Under the pieces are notes generated by a model, which did not search any database, was not told the DNA's origin, and saw nothing but the letters and a program-made list of their open reading frames with translations. A stretch of DNA of 64,000 nucleotides from an uncultured Acidimicrobiia bacterium (GTDB taxonomy: Bacteria > Actinomycetota > Acidimicrobiia > IMCC26256 > CAWATG01). Each line of letters starts with the position of its first letter. Position 1 is the stretch's first letter. Location of the stretch: NCBI GenBank assembly GCA_963785035.1, contig CAWATG010000011.1, positions 382,553-446,552 on the forward strand, read 5' to 3'. Below are positions 23,464 to 34,168 of this stretch, in pieces. The position numbers and the translations under genes were made by a program.

Positions 23464-23772
23464 ATGGCAGCATCGCTCATCTACCTGGTTCTCCTCGTCG
23501 CCGGGTTCTTCTTCTTCCTTGTGCGCCCCCAACGTCGTCAGGCGCTGGCGCACAAGATATTGGTCGACGGACTTCGTAGCGGCGACGCGGTCGTCCTGTC
23601 ATCCGGGATCCACGGCACGATTCACAGCCTTGACGACGAGGACATGCGGGTGGAAATCGCCAGTGGTGTCATCGTCACCGTCGCACGCGGTGCGGTAACC
23701 CGGGTCGTATCACCGTCTGGTCTCGATGACCCACCACGGGTCGACCCGTCTCCGGGTTCCAACGGCAACTGA
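23464..23772 (+). CDS. yajC: Preprotein translocase subunit YajC
   Basis: TM followed by RPQRRQ, GDAVVLSSGIHGTI; between ruvB and secD. Confidence 0.9.
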   Translation: MAASLIYLVLLVAGFFFFLVRPQRRQALAHKILVDGLRSGDAVVLSSGIHGTIHSLDDEDMRVEIASGVIVTVARGAVTRVVSPSGLDDPPRVDPSPGSNGN

Positions 23773-23790
23773 GAACCGACGGGAGTCAAG

Positions 23791-25426
23791 GTGACGCGAA
23801 GGTACGTGTGGCTGTTTTCGATCACGGTGCTGATCGTGCTGGTCACGTTCGTCGGAACGCTATTTTCGGGCAAATCGCCGATTCTGGGGCTCGACCTCCA
23901 GGGTGGAATCTCCGTTGTCCTTGCTCCAGTCGGCGAGTCGACCACCGAATCACTCGATGTCGCGAAGACCATCATCGAACAGCGCGTGAACTCCCTTGGT
24001 GTCGGTGAACCCGAGATCAGCCGACAGGGAAAGACCATCGTGGTGGACCTGCCAGGTGTGAAGAACCGTGACAAGGCGCGCCGACTTGTCGGTCAGACGG
24101 CGGAGGTTCGGTTCAGGCCGGTTCTGGGGTCGTTGCCCGTTTCGGCGGCGGCGAAGCCACGCCCATCCACGACGTCCCCGAAGACGTCGACCACGACAAC
24201 GACGAATTCCGGGTCGAGTACCACCGTGGGCAGCTCGACGACCGTTGCCACGAACACCACGGGCACGTCGGGGGGCGGCGCCGGTGGCGGTCAATCCCGA
24301 GCCGCTCAGGCGACCGGGTCAACGACAACTGCGCAGGAGACAACTTCGACGGCGGCCGCGACGCCTTCGACCTCATCGACGGCAGCGCCGGTCGCGGGAC
24401 CACAGCCTCCGCCGACGTTGCCCGCGTTGACCACACGGGATGAGGACAAGGCCGACGCAACCGTGATCCTTGCCGGACCGAAAGGGCGAGGTCTACTACG
24501 AGCTGGGTCCGACACCGGCGAATCTCAAGGGAGACGCGGTGAGTTCTGCGACCGCGTCGCTCGATCCCGCCACGAGCGAATGGGTTGTCAACGTCGAGCT
24601 GACCTCCGCAGGAAGCACGGCGTTCAACCAGCTCGCTGCCGCATCTTTTGGCAAACCGCCGCCGCAGAATGCGGTGGCAATTGTGCTCGACAGTGTGGTG
24701 CAGTCGGCGCCGGCCTTTCAGACCTCGTCGTTTGCCGGTGGCAACGTGCAGATCTCGGGAGATTTCAGCTCGAGCGAAGCGGAAGACCTGGCGCGTGTCC
24801 TGAAGTTCGGGTCGCTTCCCGTTGCGCTCGAACAGCTCACGAGCGAAAGCGTCTCGGCGTCGCTCGGTAAGGACCAACTCCATGCCGGAATCATCGCCGG
24901 TGCGCTCGGGCTCGGGCTCGTGGCGTTGTACATGTTGTTGTACTACCGGCTGCTCGGCATGGTCGTCATCAGCGGTGTCCTGTTGACTGCCGCAGCCTTG
25001 TACACGCTCGTGGTGTGGCTTGGCCAAGGGATCAGCCTCACGCTGACCCTTTCGGGCGTCACCGGCATCATCGTCTCGGTCGGTATCACCGTCGACTCCT
25101 ACGTGGTGTATTTCGAGAAGTTGAAGGACGAGGTCCGGATGGGTAAGACCGTGCGTAGCTCGGTGGACCGCGCCTTCGTGAAGTCGTTCCGAACGATCGT
25201 CGCCGCTGACCTGGTGTCCCTCCTTGGAGCGATCGTGCTGTATGTCTTCGCAATCGGATCGGTTCGCGGCTTCGCGCTGTACCTGGGAATGTCAACGGCA
25301 CTCGACCTGATCGTCGCCTACTTCTTCATGCACCCGTTGGTTTCGATCCTGGCGCGCCGACCGGCCTTGGTACGCGGCCGCTTCGGCATCGCGCGAGGTC
25401 TCGATGTCGCGGAGGTCGTGGCATGA
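23791..25426 (+). CDS. secD: Protein translocase subunit SecD (frameshift ~24483; S/T-rich insert)
   Basis: LGLDLQGG, RVNSLGVGEP, AIVLD, LKFGSLP, GITVDSYVVYFE, VRGFA. Confidence 0.94.
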
Positions 25427-26505
25427 GTCCTCGCCTCGATGGCAAGCGCCACACCTTCGCCGACCTCTACCACGAGCGCACGAACTTTCAGTTCATCAAG
25501 CGCTCGTGGCGCTGGGTTGTGCTCTCCGGCGTGATCTTGCTGATCGGGTTGGTCGGTTTCGTCGCGAACGGCGGTCTCAAACTCGGCATCGATTTCGAAG
25601 GCGGTACGTCCTGGCAGGTCACAACCGTCGGCAAAGCCCCCGATTCGGGTGATGTTCGGGACGTCTTGGCCCCACTCGATGTCAAGAACGTCAGGATTCT
25701 GATCGTCGGTGGACAGACGCTTCGGGTGCAAACCGAAACGTTGAGCGAGGCTCGTCAGACGAAGGTCACTGGGGCGCTCGCGAAGTACAGCGGCGTCGAC
25801 CCTACGGATGTGAGCGTCAGCTCGATCGGGCCGACCTGGGGTGATGAGGTTTCGAAGAAGGCGATTCAGGCGCTGCTCGCGTTCGTCGTGATCGTGATTG
25901 CCGGATACCTGACAATCCGCTTCGAGTGGAAAATGGCCGGTTCGGCCTTCTTGGCCGTCATCCACGACATCCTCGTCACAGCTGGTGTCTATGCGGCAAC
26001 ACAGGTCGAGGTCACGCCAGGAACGATCGTGGCATTTCTGACGATTCTGGGTTTCTCCCTTTATGACACCGTCGTCGTGTTCGACAAGGTCAAGGAGAAC
26101 ACGGCAAGCATGGTGTCCCGTACCAACGAGACCTATGGCGAGATGGTGAATGTCTCCCTGAACCAGGTGTTGATGCGTTCGATCAACACGTCGTTCGTGG
26201 CGTTGTTGCCCGTTGCCTCGCTCCTGGTCGTCGGGAGTTGGTGGCTTGGCGCAGTCAGCTTGCGTGACTTTGGGTTCGCGTTGTTCGTGGGGTTGATGTC
26301 TGGCGCGTATTCGTCGATCTTCGTCGCTGCGCCGGTCTTGGTCTGGTGGAAGGAACGCGAGCCTCGCTATCGTGCGCTTGCCGAACGCAGCGCGACCCGG
26401 GCGCCCGTTTTCGCCGGCGCCGAGGCGGGAGGCGCGGGCGGGATCGATGCCATTGCGGCGCAGCGCGAGCCGCGTCCTCGCAAGCAGCGCCGTCGCAAGA
26501 GCTGA
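25423..26505 (+). CDS. secF: Protein translocase subunit SecF
   Basis: LGIDFEGG, IGPTWG, IRFEW, HD, GFSLYDTVVVFDK, RSINT. Confidence 0.96.
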   Translation: MSPRLDGKRHTFADLYHERTNFQFIKRSWRWVVLSGVILLIGLVGFVANGGLKLGIDFEGGTSWQVTTVGKAPDSGDVRDVLAPLDVKNVRILIVGGQTLRVQTETLSEARQTKVTGALAKYSGVDPTDVSVSSIGPTWGDEVSKKAIQALLAFVVIVIAGYLTIRFEWKMAGSAFLAVIHDILVTAGVYAATQVEVTPGTIVAFLTILGFSLYDTVVVFDKVKENTASMVSRTNETYGEMVNVSLNQVLMRSINTSFVALLPVASLLVVGSWWLGAVSLRDFGFALFVGLMSGAYSSIFVAAPVLVWWKEREPRYRALAERSATRAPVFAGAEAGGAGGIDAIAAQREPRPRKQRRRKS

Positions 26506-26618
26506 CCCACGAACCCTCGAGGCGGCGGATGTCGGCGGATTCATGCCCCTTTGAAGCGTGAATCGAACGCACAAGCGCGCCCGGATCGTCTACTACCCTT
26601 GTTGTGGGTGGTGAGCCG

Positions 26619-28874
26619 ATGAGCGCGCTTGAACTGCGTCCCGACCAGGTTGGTAGCGACCGGCGTTCCGTGCTGCCGTGGCGCCGCCAACATGTCGATG
26701 CGGCGGTCGCTCCACTGATCGGAGCCTTTCGGGAACACCACAAGCGAGCTGATATCCAGCGCATACTGCGCGCTTTCCAAGTCGCAAAGACCGCACATGC
26801 CGATCAGGTCCGTCGCTCGGGCGAGCAGTACATCGCGCACCCTCTCGGTGTTGCGCTGATCCTCGCCGACCTCGGCCTCGACGACGTGACGATCGCCGGC
26901 GCTCTGCTGCATGACGCTGTCGAGGATACCAGCGTCACTCGTGGCGATATCGAGCGGGACTTCGGATCCGAAGTCGCCGCCATCGTCGAGGGTGTCACGA
27001 AGTTGGATCGACTCCAGTTCGATTCACGCGAGGCCCAACAGGCCGCCACGTTACGCAAGATGTTCGTGGCGATGGCGAAGGACATTCGCGTCCTGTTGAT
27101 CAAGCTCGCCGATCGGCTGCACAACATGCGCACGATTGCGTCGCTCCCCGAGGCGAAACAGCGGCGCATCGCGCAGGAGACGCTCGATATCTATGCACCG
27201 CTCGCGCACCGGCTCGGAATAGCCGAGGTGAAGTGGCAACTCGAGGATCTGTCGTTCGCGGTGCTGCATCCGAAGCGATACGCGGAGATCGAGCAGATGG
27301 TCGCGACGCGCAATCCCGGACGCGCGCAGGTCATCGATTCCATTCTCGAGACGCTCAAGGCTCGCCTTGGTGAGTTGAATATCGACGCCGAAGTCCGGGG
27401 TCGGCCCAAGCACTACTGGTCGATCTACGAGAAGATGATCACCCGGAACAAGCAGTTCGATGACGTGCAAGACCTCTTGGGTGTTCGCGTCGTCGTGGAC
27501 TCGGTGAAGGACTGCTATGGGGCGCTGGGTTCGATCCACGCGTTGTGGAAACCGGTGACCGGTCGCTTCAAGGATTACATCGCAATGCCGAAGTTCAACC
27601 TGTACCAGTCCCTTCACACCACGGTCGTCGGACCTGGCGGCAAGACCGTGGAGGTGCAGATTCGGACCCGCGAAATGCACCGCCGCGCCGAGCACGGCGT
27701 TGCGGCTCACTGGGGCTACAAGGATCAAGGGTCGAGCGTGCAAGACCTGCTGTGGCTTCAGCGAATGGTCGATTGGCAACAGGACACCGATGATCCAGCC
27801 GAGTTCATGGAGTCGCTCAAGATCGACCTCGAGCAAGACGAGGTGTTCGTTTTCACGCCCAAGGGCAAGGTCGTGACCTTGGTGACGGGAGCGACGCCCG
27901 TCGACTTCGCCTACGCGATCCATACCGAGGTCGGTCATCGCTGTATCGGTGCGCGAGTCAATGGACGGCTTGTCCCGTTGGAGTCGAAGCTCGCGACGGG
28001 TGACACGATCGAGATCTTCACCAGCAAGGTCGAAGGCGCCGGACCGAGCCGCGATTGGTTGCAGTTCGTCGATACGCCGCGTGCACGGACGAAGATCCGT
28101 CAGTGGTTCTCACGCGAGCGTCGCGTCGACTCGATCGATGCCGGGCGCGAAGAGCTCACCAAGGCGCTGCGACGCGAAGGCATCTCTGTTCAGAAGGTCC
28201 ACGGCTCAGCCATGCTCACCGCCGTAGCCGTCGCACTGCACTATGCCGATATCGACACGATGCTCGCGGCGATCGGCGAAGGCCATGTTTCGGCACGCGC
28301 TGTCGCTCAGCGCGTGGACCGCGAGCTACGCGGCGGAGAGGAACAGCTCAGCGTCACGACGAGCCGCCCACCACGCGCTGCGCGGGCAACGAGTCGGCGT
28401 ACCGTCGGTATTCATGTCGAGGGTCTCGATGACCTGATGGTTCGCCTGTCGCGTTGTTGCACACCCGTTCCGGGCGACGACATCATCGGTTTCGTCACGC
28501 GCGGCCGTGGCGTATCGGTCCATCGAGCCGACTGCGCCAATGCGGCGGGGCTGGTCAGCCAGTCGGAGCGTCTCATCGAGGTGGAATGGGACCATGACCA
28601 ACCGGCCACCTATTTCGTGTCGGTGACGGTCGAGGCGCTCGATCGGTCTCGGCTCTTACGGGATGTGGCACAGGTCCTTGCCGAGCACCATGTGAACATC
28701 CTGGCAAGCAGTACCCAGACTTCGAGCGACCGGGTGGCGCGCCTCCGGTTCGATTTCGAGCTTGCCGATCCAAATCACCTGAATTCGCTCATCAATGCGA
28801 TGAAAAGGGTCGATTCGGTCTATGACGCGTACCGGGTGTTGCCCGGGCACTCGGCGAGTTCGTCGAAATCCTGA
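26619..28874 (+). CDS. relA: Bifunctional (p)ppGpp synthetase/hydrolase
   Basis: HD domain (LLHDAVED), KLADRLHNMRT, YQSLHT, TGS and ACT domains. Confidence 0.97.
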   Translation: MSALELRPDQVGSDRRSVLPWRRQHVDAAVAPLIGAFREHHKRADIQRILRAFQVAKTAHADQVRRSGEQYIAHPLGVALILADLGLDDVTIAGALLHDAVEDTSVTRGDIERDFGSEVAAIVEGVTKLDRLQFDSREAQQAATLRKMFVAMAKDIRVLLIKLADRLHNMRTIASLPEAKQRRIAQETLDIYAPLAHRLGIAEVKWQLEDLSFAVLHPKRYAEIEQMVATRNPGRAQVIDSILETLKARLGELNIDAEVRGRPKHYWSIYEKMITRNKQFDDVQDLLGVRVVVDSVKDCYGALGSIHALWKPVTGRFKDYIAMPKFNLYQSLHTTVVGPGGKTVEVQIRTREMHRRAEHGVAAHWGYKDQGSSVQDLLWLQRMVDWQQDTDDPAEFMESLKIDLEQDEVFVFTPKGKVVTLVTGATPVDFAYAIHTEVGHRCIGARVNGRLVPLESKLATGDTIEIFTSKVEGAGPSRDWLQFVDTPRARTKIRQWFSRERRVDSIDAGREELTKALRREGISVQKVHGSAMLTAVAVALHYADIDTMLAAIGEGHVSARAVAQRVDRELRGGEEQLSVTTSRPPRAARATSRRTVGIHVEGLDDLMVRLSRCCTPVPGDDIIGFVTRGRGVSVHRADCANAAGLVSQSERLIEVEWDHDQPATYFVSVTVEALDRSRLLRDVAQVLAEHHVNILASSTQTSSDRVARLRFDFELADPNHLNSLINAMKRVDSVYDAYRVLPGHSASSSKS

Positions 28875-28922
28875 GATTTCCGGCTCGCTCCATCGCCAAA
28901 GGGCACCAGAAATACCGGAAAG

Positions 28923-28951
28923 TTAAGTAGTAACCCCTTTTCTGCCGATAT
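28923..28951 (+). promoter_or_regulatory. Putative sigma-28 (FliA/WhiG-type) promoter of the minor-pilin operon
   Basis: TTAAG-N16-GCCGATAT in the relA/minor pilin intergenic region. Confidence 0.7.
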
Positions 28952-29025
28952 ATGCAGCGACTTGGTCTCAAGTCGGTTTCGTCTATCGAGGGCGCCCATA
29001 AGGTGCGGAAGTCGAGCAGTCAGGG

Positions 29026-30405
29026 ATGAAGCGATGCTCTCCTCGTCATGAGGGTCGGCGACGTCATGCTCCTCGCGTGCCTTTCGTCGGTGGATGCGAT
29101 GCAGCCGCGCGTGACGGTGGCTTCAGCATCGTTGAGGTCATCGTGGCGATCAGTGTGTTCGCGATCCTGGCGACCGGTGTCGCAACCACGGTTGGCGGCG
29201 GACTGGACCTGGCTCGTACCAACCGGAACCGCGATGTTGCGGCGAACCTTGCGAGCCAGGAGATGGACAGGATTCGCAGCATGCCGTTTGCCTCGCTCGT
29301 TGTTGGCCAGACGGTGAGCACCGAGACCGTCCAAGGGGTGGCGTACACCGTGACACGTGATGCGACCTGGGTGGCGTCGAACGCGACCGTTGGCGCGTGC
29401 GACTCGGCCGGTGGGATTCCCAGCCTCCTTCGGGTGGATGTCTTGCTGCGGTGGGCCAGCATGGGGACCATTACTCCGGTGAAGTCATCAACGGTGTTGA
29501 GCCCGCCGGTCGGCGCGTACGACGCGGACACGGGCCACATCGCGGTGAAGATCAGGGACCGCAATGCGCTTCCGGCATCGGGAATTCCGGTCACGATTTC
29601 GCCTGCGCCGCCCGTTCCACGGCCCGCGACGATCACTACCACCACCGACGGGTGCGCATTCTTCGACCATCTCCCGGCCGGTACCTATTCGGTGTCGGTG
29701 AACTCTTCAGGATGGGTGGATCGTCAGTCGATCGTGGGTCCGGCGCAGAGCGCCGGAGTGCTCACAGGGGCGACCGTCGCAGTCGGCTTCGATTATGACC
29801 AGGCGGCGGCGTTGTCGGTGACCATCGCGCCCGCCGGTGGCGGAGTCATCCCGAGCGACATTCCCATTTCTGTGGGAAACACTGCGCTCTTGCCCAACGG
29901 GATCAAGGTCTATGCCGGAACCGGTGCGACCCGGACGATCGCGAATCTCTTCCCTGCGGCGGATGGCTACGACCTGTGGGCGGGCTCGTGTTTCGACGCG
30001 GATCCTGCTGCGAACGATGGTGTCAGCGATGTCTGGCCGGGTGGTCAGCGGACGGTCAAGGGTGAGACCGATCCGCTCGCGACAGGGATCGTGACATTGC
30101 CGATTTCGAGCGTCAGCGTCCTGGTGACCGAGCCCGATCCGCTTCCCGGCCCGCCGGTTCCGCCTCCGTTGCCCGTTGCCGGCGCCACGGTGATCGCGAC
30201 ACATGCGCCGGACGCCGAGTGCCCATCGGGACAGACCTTCACCTTGGGCGTCACCGACGCCACTGGGAGCATCGTGGCGGGGCTTCCCTATGGCGAGTGG
30301 CAGATCGAGGTTGTGGGGAGTCCGACACCCCTTTCCGGCTGGCCAACTGCGACGCTCGACCCGACTGGCGCCACGGTGGTCTCGGCAACGGTGGAACTCT
30401 CATGA
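29026..30405 (+). CDS. Large minor pilin (PilV-like) with beta-sandwich (carboxypeptidase-regulatory-like) repeats
   Basis: Prepilin site G|FSIVEVIVA (E5) near 29122; TTDGCAFF..LPAGTYSV and TDATGSIVAGLPYGEWQI repeats. Confidence 0.8.
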   Translation: MKRCSPRHEGRRRHAPRVPFVGGCDAAARDGGFSIVEVIVAISVFAILATGVATTVGGGLDLARTNRNRDVAANLASQEMDRIRSMPFASLVVGQTVSTETVQGVAYTVTRDATWVASNATVGACDSAGGIPSLLRVDVLLRWASMGTITPVKSSTVLSPPVGAYDADTGHIAVKIRDRNALPASGIPVTISPAPPVPRPATITTTTDGCAFFDHLPAGTYSVSVNSSGWVDRQSIVGPAQSAGVLTGATVAVGFDYDQAAALSVTIAPAGGGVIPSDIPISVGNTALLPNGIKVYAGTGATRTIANLFPAADGYDLWAGSCFDADPAANDGVSDVWPGGQRTVKGETDPLATGIVTLPISSVSVLVTEPDPLPGPPVPPPLPVAGATVIATHAPDAECPSGQTFTLGVTDATGSIVAGLPYGEWQIEVVGSPTPLSGWPTATLDPTGATVVSATVELS

Positions 30406-31082
30406 CGAGGATGCAGCGCTTGGCGCGGCGAGCGATCCGCAACGCGCACGACGACAGCGGAACCTCCTTGGCGGAACTCGCAGTGACGATGCTGTTGTTG
30501 TCGGTGATCCTGGCTGTGTCCTACCAATCGGTTGGCTCGTTGTCCAAGGCCGTCGCCGGGACCGACCGGCGCGTGGAGAACCTCGGCGAAGCACGTCACC
30601 TGATGAAGGTCACCAGCCGTGATCTTCGGACAGCGACGCGACTCCAGGCCGGTACAGCCGCGTTCGTCACGGCGGACGCCAAGAACGTGATCTTTTACGC
30701 GAACCTCAACAACCCGACGAGCGGTCCGCGACGCGTTCGGATCTATGTCGACACGCAGACGCGCCTCATCGAGGAGGTGACTCCGCCGGACGCTTCCTCG
30801 GTGCCACCGAACTACACCTACCTGGTCGGGCCGGTCACTACTCGCCTCGTTGGAAGGTTCGTCGCGAACGCGCCGAGCCAGCCGATCTTCACCTATTACG
30901 ACGTGAACGGCACCCAACTGACCTCGGTTCCACTCAATGCCGCGGATCGGTTGGCCGTTCGACAGGTCAAGGTCGCACTGTCGATTCGCAGATCAACGGT
31001 GCTCAATGTCGGTCTGACGACACTCGAGAACCGGGTACGCCTTCCGAATCTCGACTACCAGACCGCACTGGCAGGCCCGTGA
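30402..31082 (+). CDS. Minor pilin (PilW/PulJ-like)
   Basis: DDSG|TSLAELAVTMLLL prepilin motif, RDLRTA helix, FTYYD; ATGA overlap with the upstream gene. Confidence 0.8.
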   Translation: MTRMQRLARRAIRNAHDDSGTSLAELAVTMLLLSVILAVSYQSVGSLSKAVAGTDRRVENLGEARHLMKVTSRDLRTATRLQAGTAAFVTADAKNVIFYANLNNPTSGPRRVRIYVDTQTRLIEEVTPPDASSVPPNYTYLVGPVTTRLVGRFVANAPSQPIFTYYDVNGTQLTSVPLNAADRLAVRQVKVALSIRRSTVLNVGLTTLENRVRLPNLDYQTALAGP

Positions 31083-32801
31083 TGTTGTACCGATGGGTCC
31101 GAAGTCGTGTCGATCCGGGAGTGCCCGGCGAGCCAAATCATGGCGAGGGTGGTATCGCACTGGTCGTGGTGATGCTCATGGTGGTCGCGCTGTTCACGCT
31201 TGCCGCCGCAACGGTGAGCTTCGCCGAGGGATCGCTCAACCTGTCCAAACAGGATCAGGACTGGAACGCGTCGCTGGCGGCCGCGGAGGCGGGCATCGAC
31301 GACTACATCCATCGCATCAACGAGAACGGGAACTACTGGATCTATTCGGCGTCGAGTCCGCCGCCCGACGGTAACGGGGCGTTCTCGGGATATGTGCCGG
31401 TCCCGGGAAGTTCGAGCAGCTCCAAGTTCCGTTACAGCGTTGACAGTTCCAAGATCACGGTCGACGGCACGCTCAAACTCACGTCGACCGGCAACGTCGG
31501 TGGTGTGAAGCGGACCGTTGGAGCGACGCTGCGTCGGCGTAGTTTCATCGACTATCTGTGGTTCACCGATTTCGAGACGCTCGACCCTGCGCTCTACGTC
31601 GGGTCGTCGTCGTCGTTCACCCCGGGCGGAGGCGCAGACCCGCTGTGCTCGCTATTACTACGGCCCGGTGGGTACTCGTCGCGATGTGAGCGGGGTCTCG
31701 GACTACTCCGGTGACACCAACACCAAGAACTGCGTCGACATCAACTTCATCACGGCCGACACCATCAACGGGCCTGCCCACAGCAACGACGCGTACTTGC
31801 GTTGCGGCGCACCGCGGTTCAACGGCGACACCTCGACGAGCTGGAACACGAGCGCACCTCGATACCGCACGAACACCAGCTGCTCGACTTCGCCGGCTCC
31901 GATATTCGCGAATGCCGGCGATCCGAGATACCTCCCAACGCTTCCGATCCCGCCGTCGAACTCCGCGATCAAGGTTGAGACGGCACCGTTGACCGCCGGC
32001 GGCTCCTACGGTGGATGTCTCTATACGGGCCCCACAAGTATCGTGCTCAATGCGGCGGGAACGATGACGGTGACCAGCCCGTTCTCGAAACAGACGAACA
32101 ATGGCTGCGTCACCTCCGGCACCGGTCCTCTTCCGGTCAACGGCGTGATCTATGTGCAGAACGTGCCTGCAGGGTCGAGCGATCCGAACTACACGGCGGG
32201 CTGTCCCTACAGCGTGCGATACGGCGGTATCGCGACCAATCCGCTGCGGGCGCATCCGCTCGGGTATCCGACGGCCAACGACACGGCATCGTATGACTGT
32301 CGTGCGGGGGACCTGTTCGTGGAGGGCACCCTCAAAGGCCAGCTCACGATCGCGGCGGACAACAACATCGTGGTGACCTGGCACCTCACGTACAACGGCG
32401 GTTCGACCGGTACCGATCTGCTCGGCCTCGTCGCGAACAACACCGTGCAGGTGTATCACCCGGTCAACAGCAGCGGCACCCTCCTCGATGTCCGGCCCGC
32501 CACGGGCGGGACGCAGACATTCTCCAATGCGCAGATCTTTGCCGCGCTTCTCTCGGTCCAACACTCCTTCTTCGTGCCGCGATGGGACAAGGGAGGCTCG
32601 CTCGGCGACCTGATCGTCACAGGCGCTATCGCGCAACGCTTCCGTGGTCCGGTCGGAACCACCGGTGGCAACGGCTACGAAAAGACGTACACCTACGACC
32701 AACGCCTGAAGTATCTCTCACCGCCGCGGTTCCTCAATCCGATCGCGTCGGCCTGGGCCGTCGCCGTCTGGGTCGAGCAGAAGACACCCGCTGGGCTCTG
32801 A
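31079..32801 (+). CDS. PilX-like minor pilin with large Cys-containing C-terminal domain (frameshift ~31625)
   Basis: EGG|IALVVV (no E5), AAAEAGI PilX motif, C-terminal YDQRL..SPP.F; ORFs 31079..31714 and 31518..32801 join into one protein. Confidence 0.78.
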
Positions 32802-32869
32802 ATCCCACTCTTGGATCGGCCAGGCCACGAGTGAGGCCGCGAGGGCCTGCCCGGTAGCATGCCCATCGC

Positions 32870-34168
32870 ATGAACGAATCCAAGGCTGGCGCCGACGTGT
32901 TCCGCGCGCCCATCGGCACCCACGACGTGCTGGCCCCGGCATCGAATCGGTGGATCGAGCTCGTCAGCCGATTTGCCGGCCTGGCGGCTCGTTATGGCTT
33001 CGGCTTGGCGATCACGCCCCTGTTCGAGCACCGCGAGGTCTTTGCCCGGGTTGGTGAAACGACCGACGTCGTACGCAAGGAGATGTACGACTTCGAGGAC
33101 AAGGGTGGCCGGGCGCTGGCGTTGCGCCCCGAAGGTACAGCGCCGATCGTGCGCGCCTATGTGCAGCACCGCCCGACGCCACCGTGGAAAGCCTGGTACC
33201 TCGCACCCAACTTTCGCTACGAACGCCCGCAGAAGGGCCGGTACCGACAGCACTACCAGCTCGGCGCGGAGGTCCTCGGCATCGACGATCCCGAAATCGA
33301 CGTCGAGATCATCGCGCTCGCGCATGCCTTCTATCGTGAGCTCGGTCTGACGGGTGTGCGGCTCCTGCTCAACTCGATGGGTGACGAACACAGCCGTCCG
33401 CGTTATCACGGCGCGCTGCGTGCCTACCTGCTTGACCACTGTGCCGAACTGGGCGAGGAGTTCGCCGCTCGCGTCGAGGCAAACCCGCTGCGGATTCTCG
33501 ATTCGAAGAATCCCGACTGGCGTGCAGTCACCGAAGGCGCGCCTGTCATCACCGACTTTCTCTCGGACGAATCGGCGGCGCATTTGGCGTCGGTCCAAGC
33601 CGGACTCGCCGAGCTGGGTATCGACTACGAGCCTGCGCCACGGCTCGTTCGCGGCTTCGACTACTACACGCGCACGGTCTTCGAGTTCGCTGCCGATGCC
33701 CTCGACGCCGCACAGAACGCGATCGGTGGCGGTGGTCGCTATGACCGGTTGGCAGAGGAGATGCACGGCCCACCAACGCCTGGTATCGGCTTCGGAATCG
33801 GTATCGAACGAGTGCTCCTGGCTTGTGATGCCGAGGAGGTGCTCGCGCCGCCGACAGCGACCGTCGACGCATTCGTCATCGATGCGCTGGAGCCTGATGC
33901 GCCCGTCGGCATGTCTTCGGCACTGGTGCTCGCTGCATTGCGATCACGGGGTATCGCCGCGGATCGTGCCTACGGCGGCCGTTCGGTGAAGGCGCAATGG
34001 AAGGTCGCCGACCGGTCCGGCGCACGATTCGGCGTGATGCTCGGCACCGCCGAGGCCGAGCGCGGCGCGGTTGGTGTCAAGGACCTGCGCAATGGTCGCC
34101 AGGTTGAAGTACGCCAGGAGGACGTTGTCTCCTGGATCGCCACTCGTCTCGAGGAGCAACGCCCGTGA
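32870..34168 (+). CDS. hisS: Histidine--tRNA ligase
   Basis: KEMY.F.D, LRPEGTA, FRYERPQKGRYRQH, LVRGFDYY, GGGRYD. Confidence 0.97.
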   Translation: MNESKAGADVFRAPIGTHDVLAPASNRWIELVSRFAGLAARYGFGLAITPLFEHREVFARVGETTDVVRKEMYDFEDKGGRALALRPEGTAPIVRAYVQHRPTPPWKAWYLAPNFRYERPQKGRYRQHYQLGAEVLGIDDPEIDVEIIALAHAFYRELGLTGVRLLLNSMGDEHSRPRYHGALRAYLLDHCAELGEEFAARVEANPLRILDSKNPDWRAVTEGAPVITDFLSDESAAHLASVQAGLAELGIDYEPAPRLVRGFDYYTRTVFEFAADALDAAQNAIGGGGRYDRLAEEMHGPPTPGIGFGIGIERVLLACDAEEVLAPPTATVDAFVIDALEPDAPVGMSSALVLAALRSRGIAADRAYGGRSVKAQWKVADRSGARFGVMLGTAEAERGAVGVKDLRNGRQVEVRQEDVVSWIATRLEEQRP

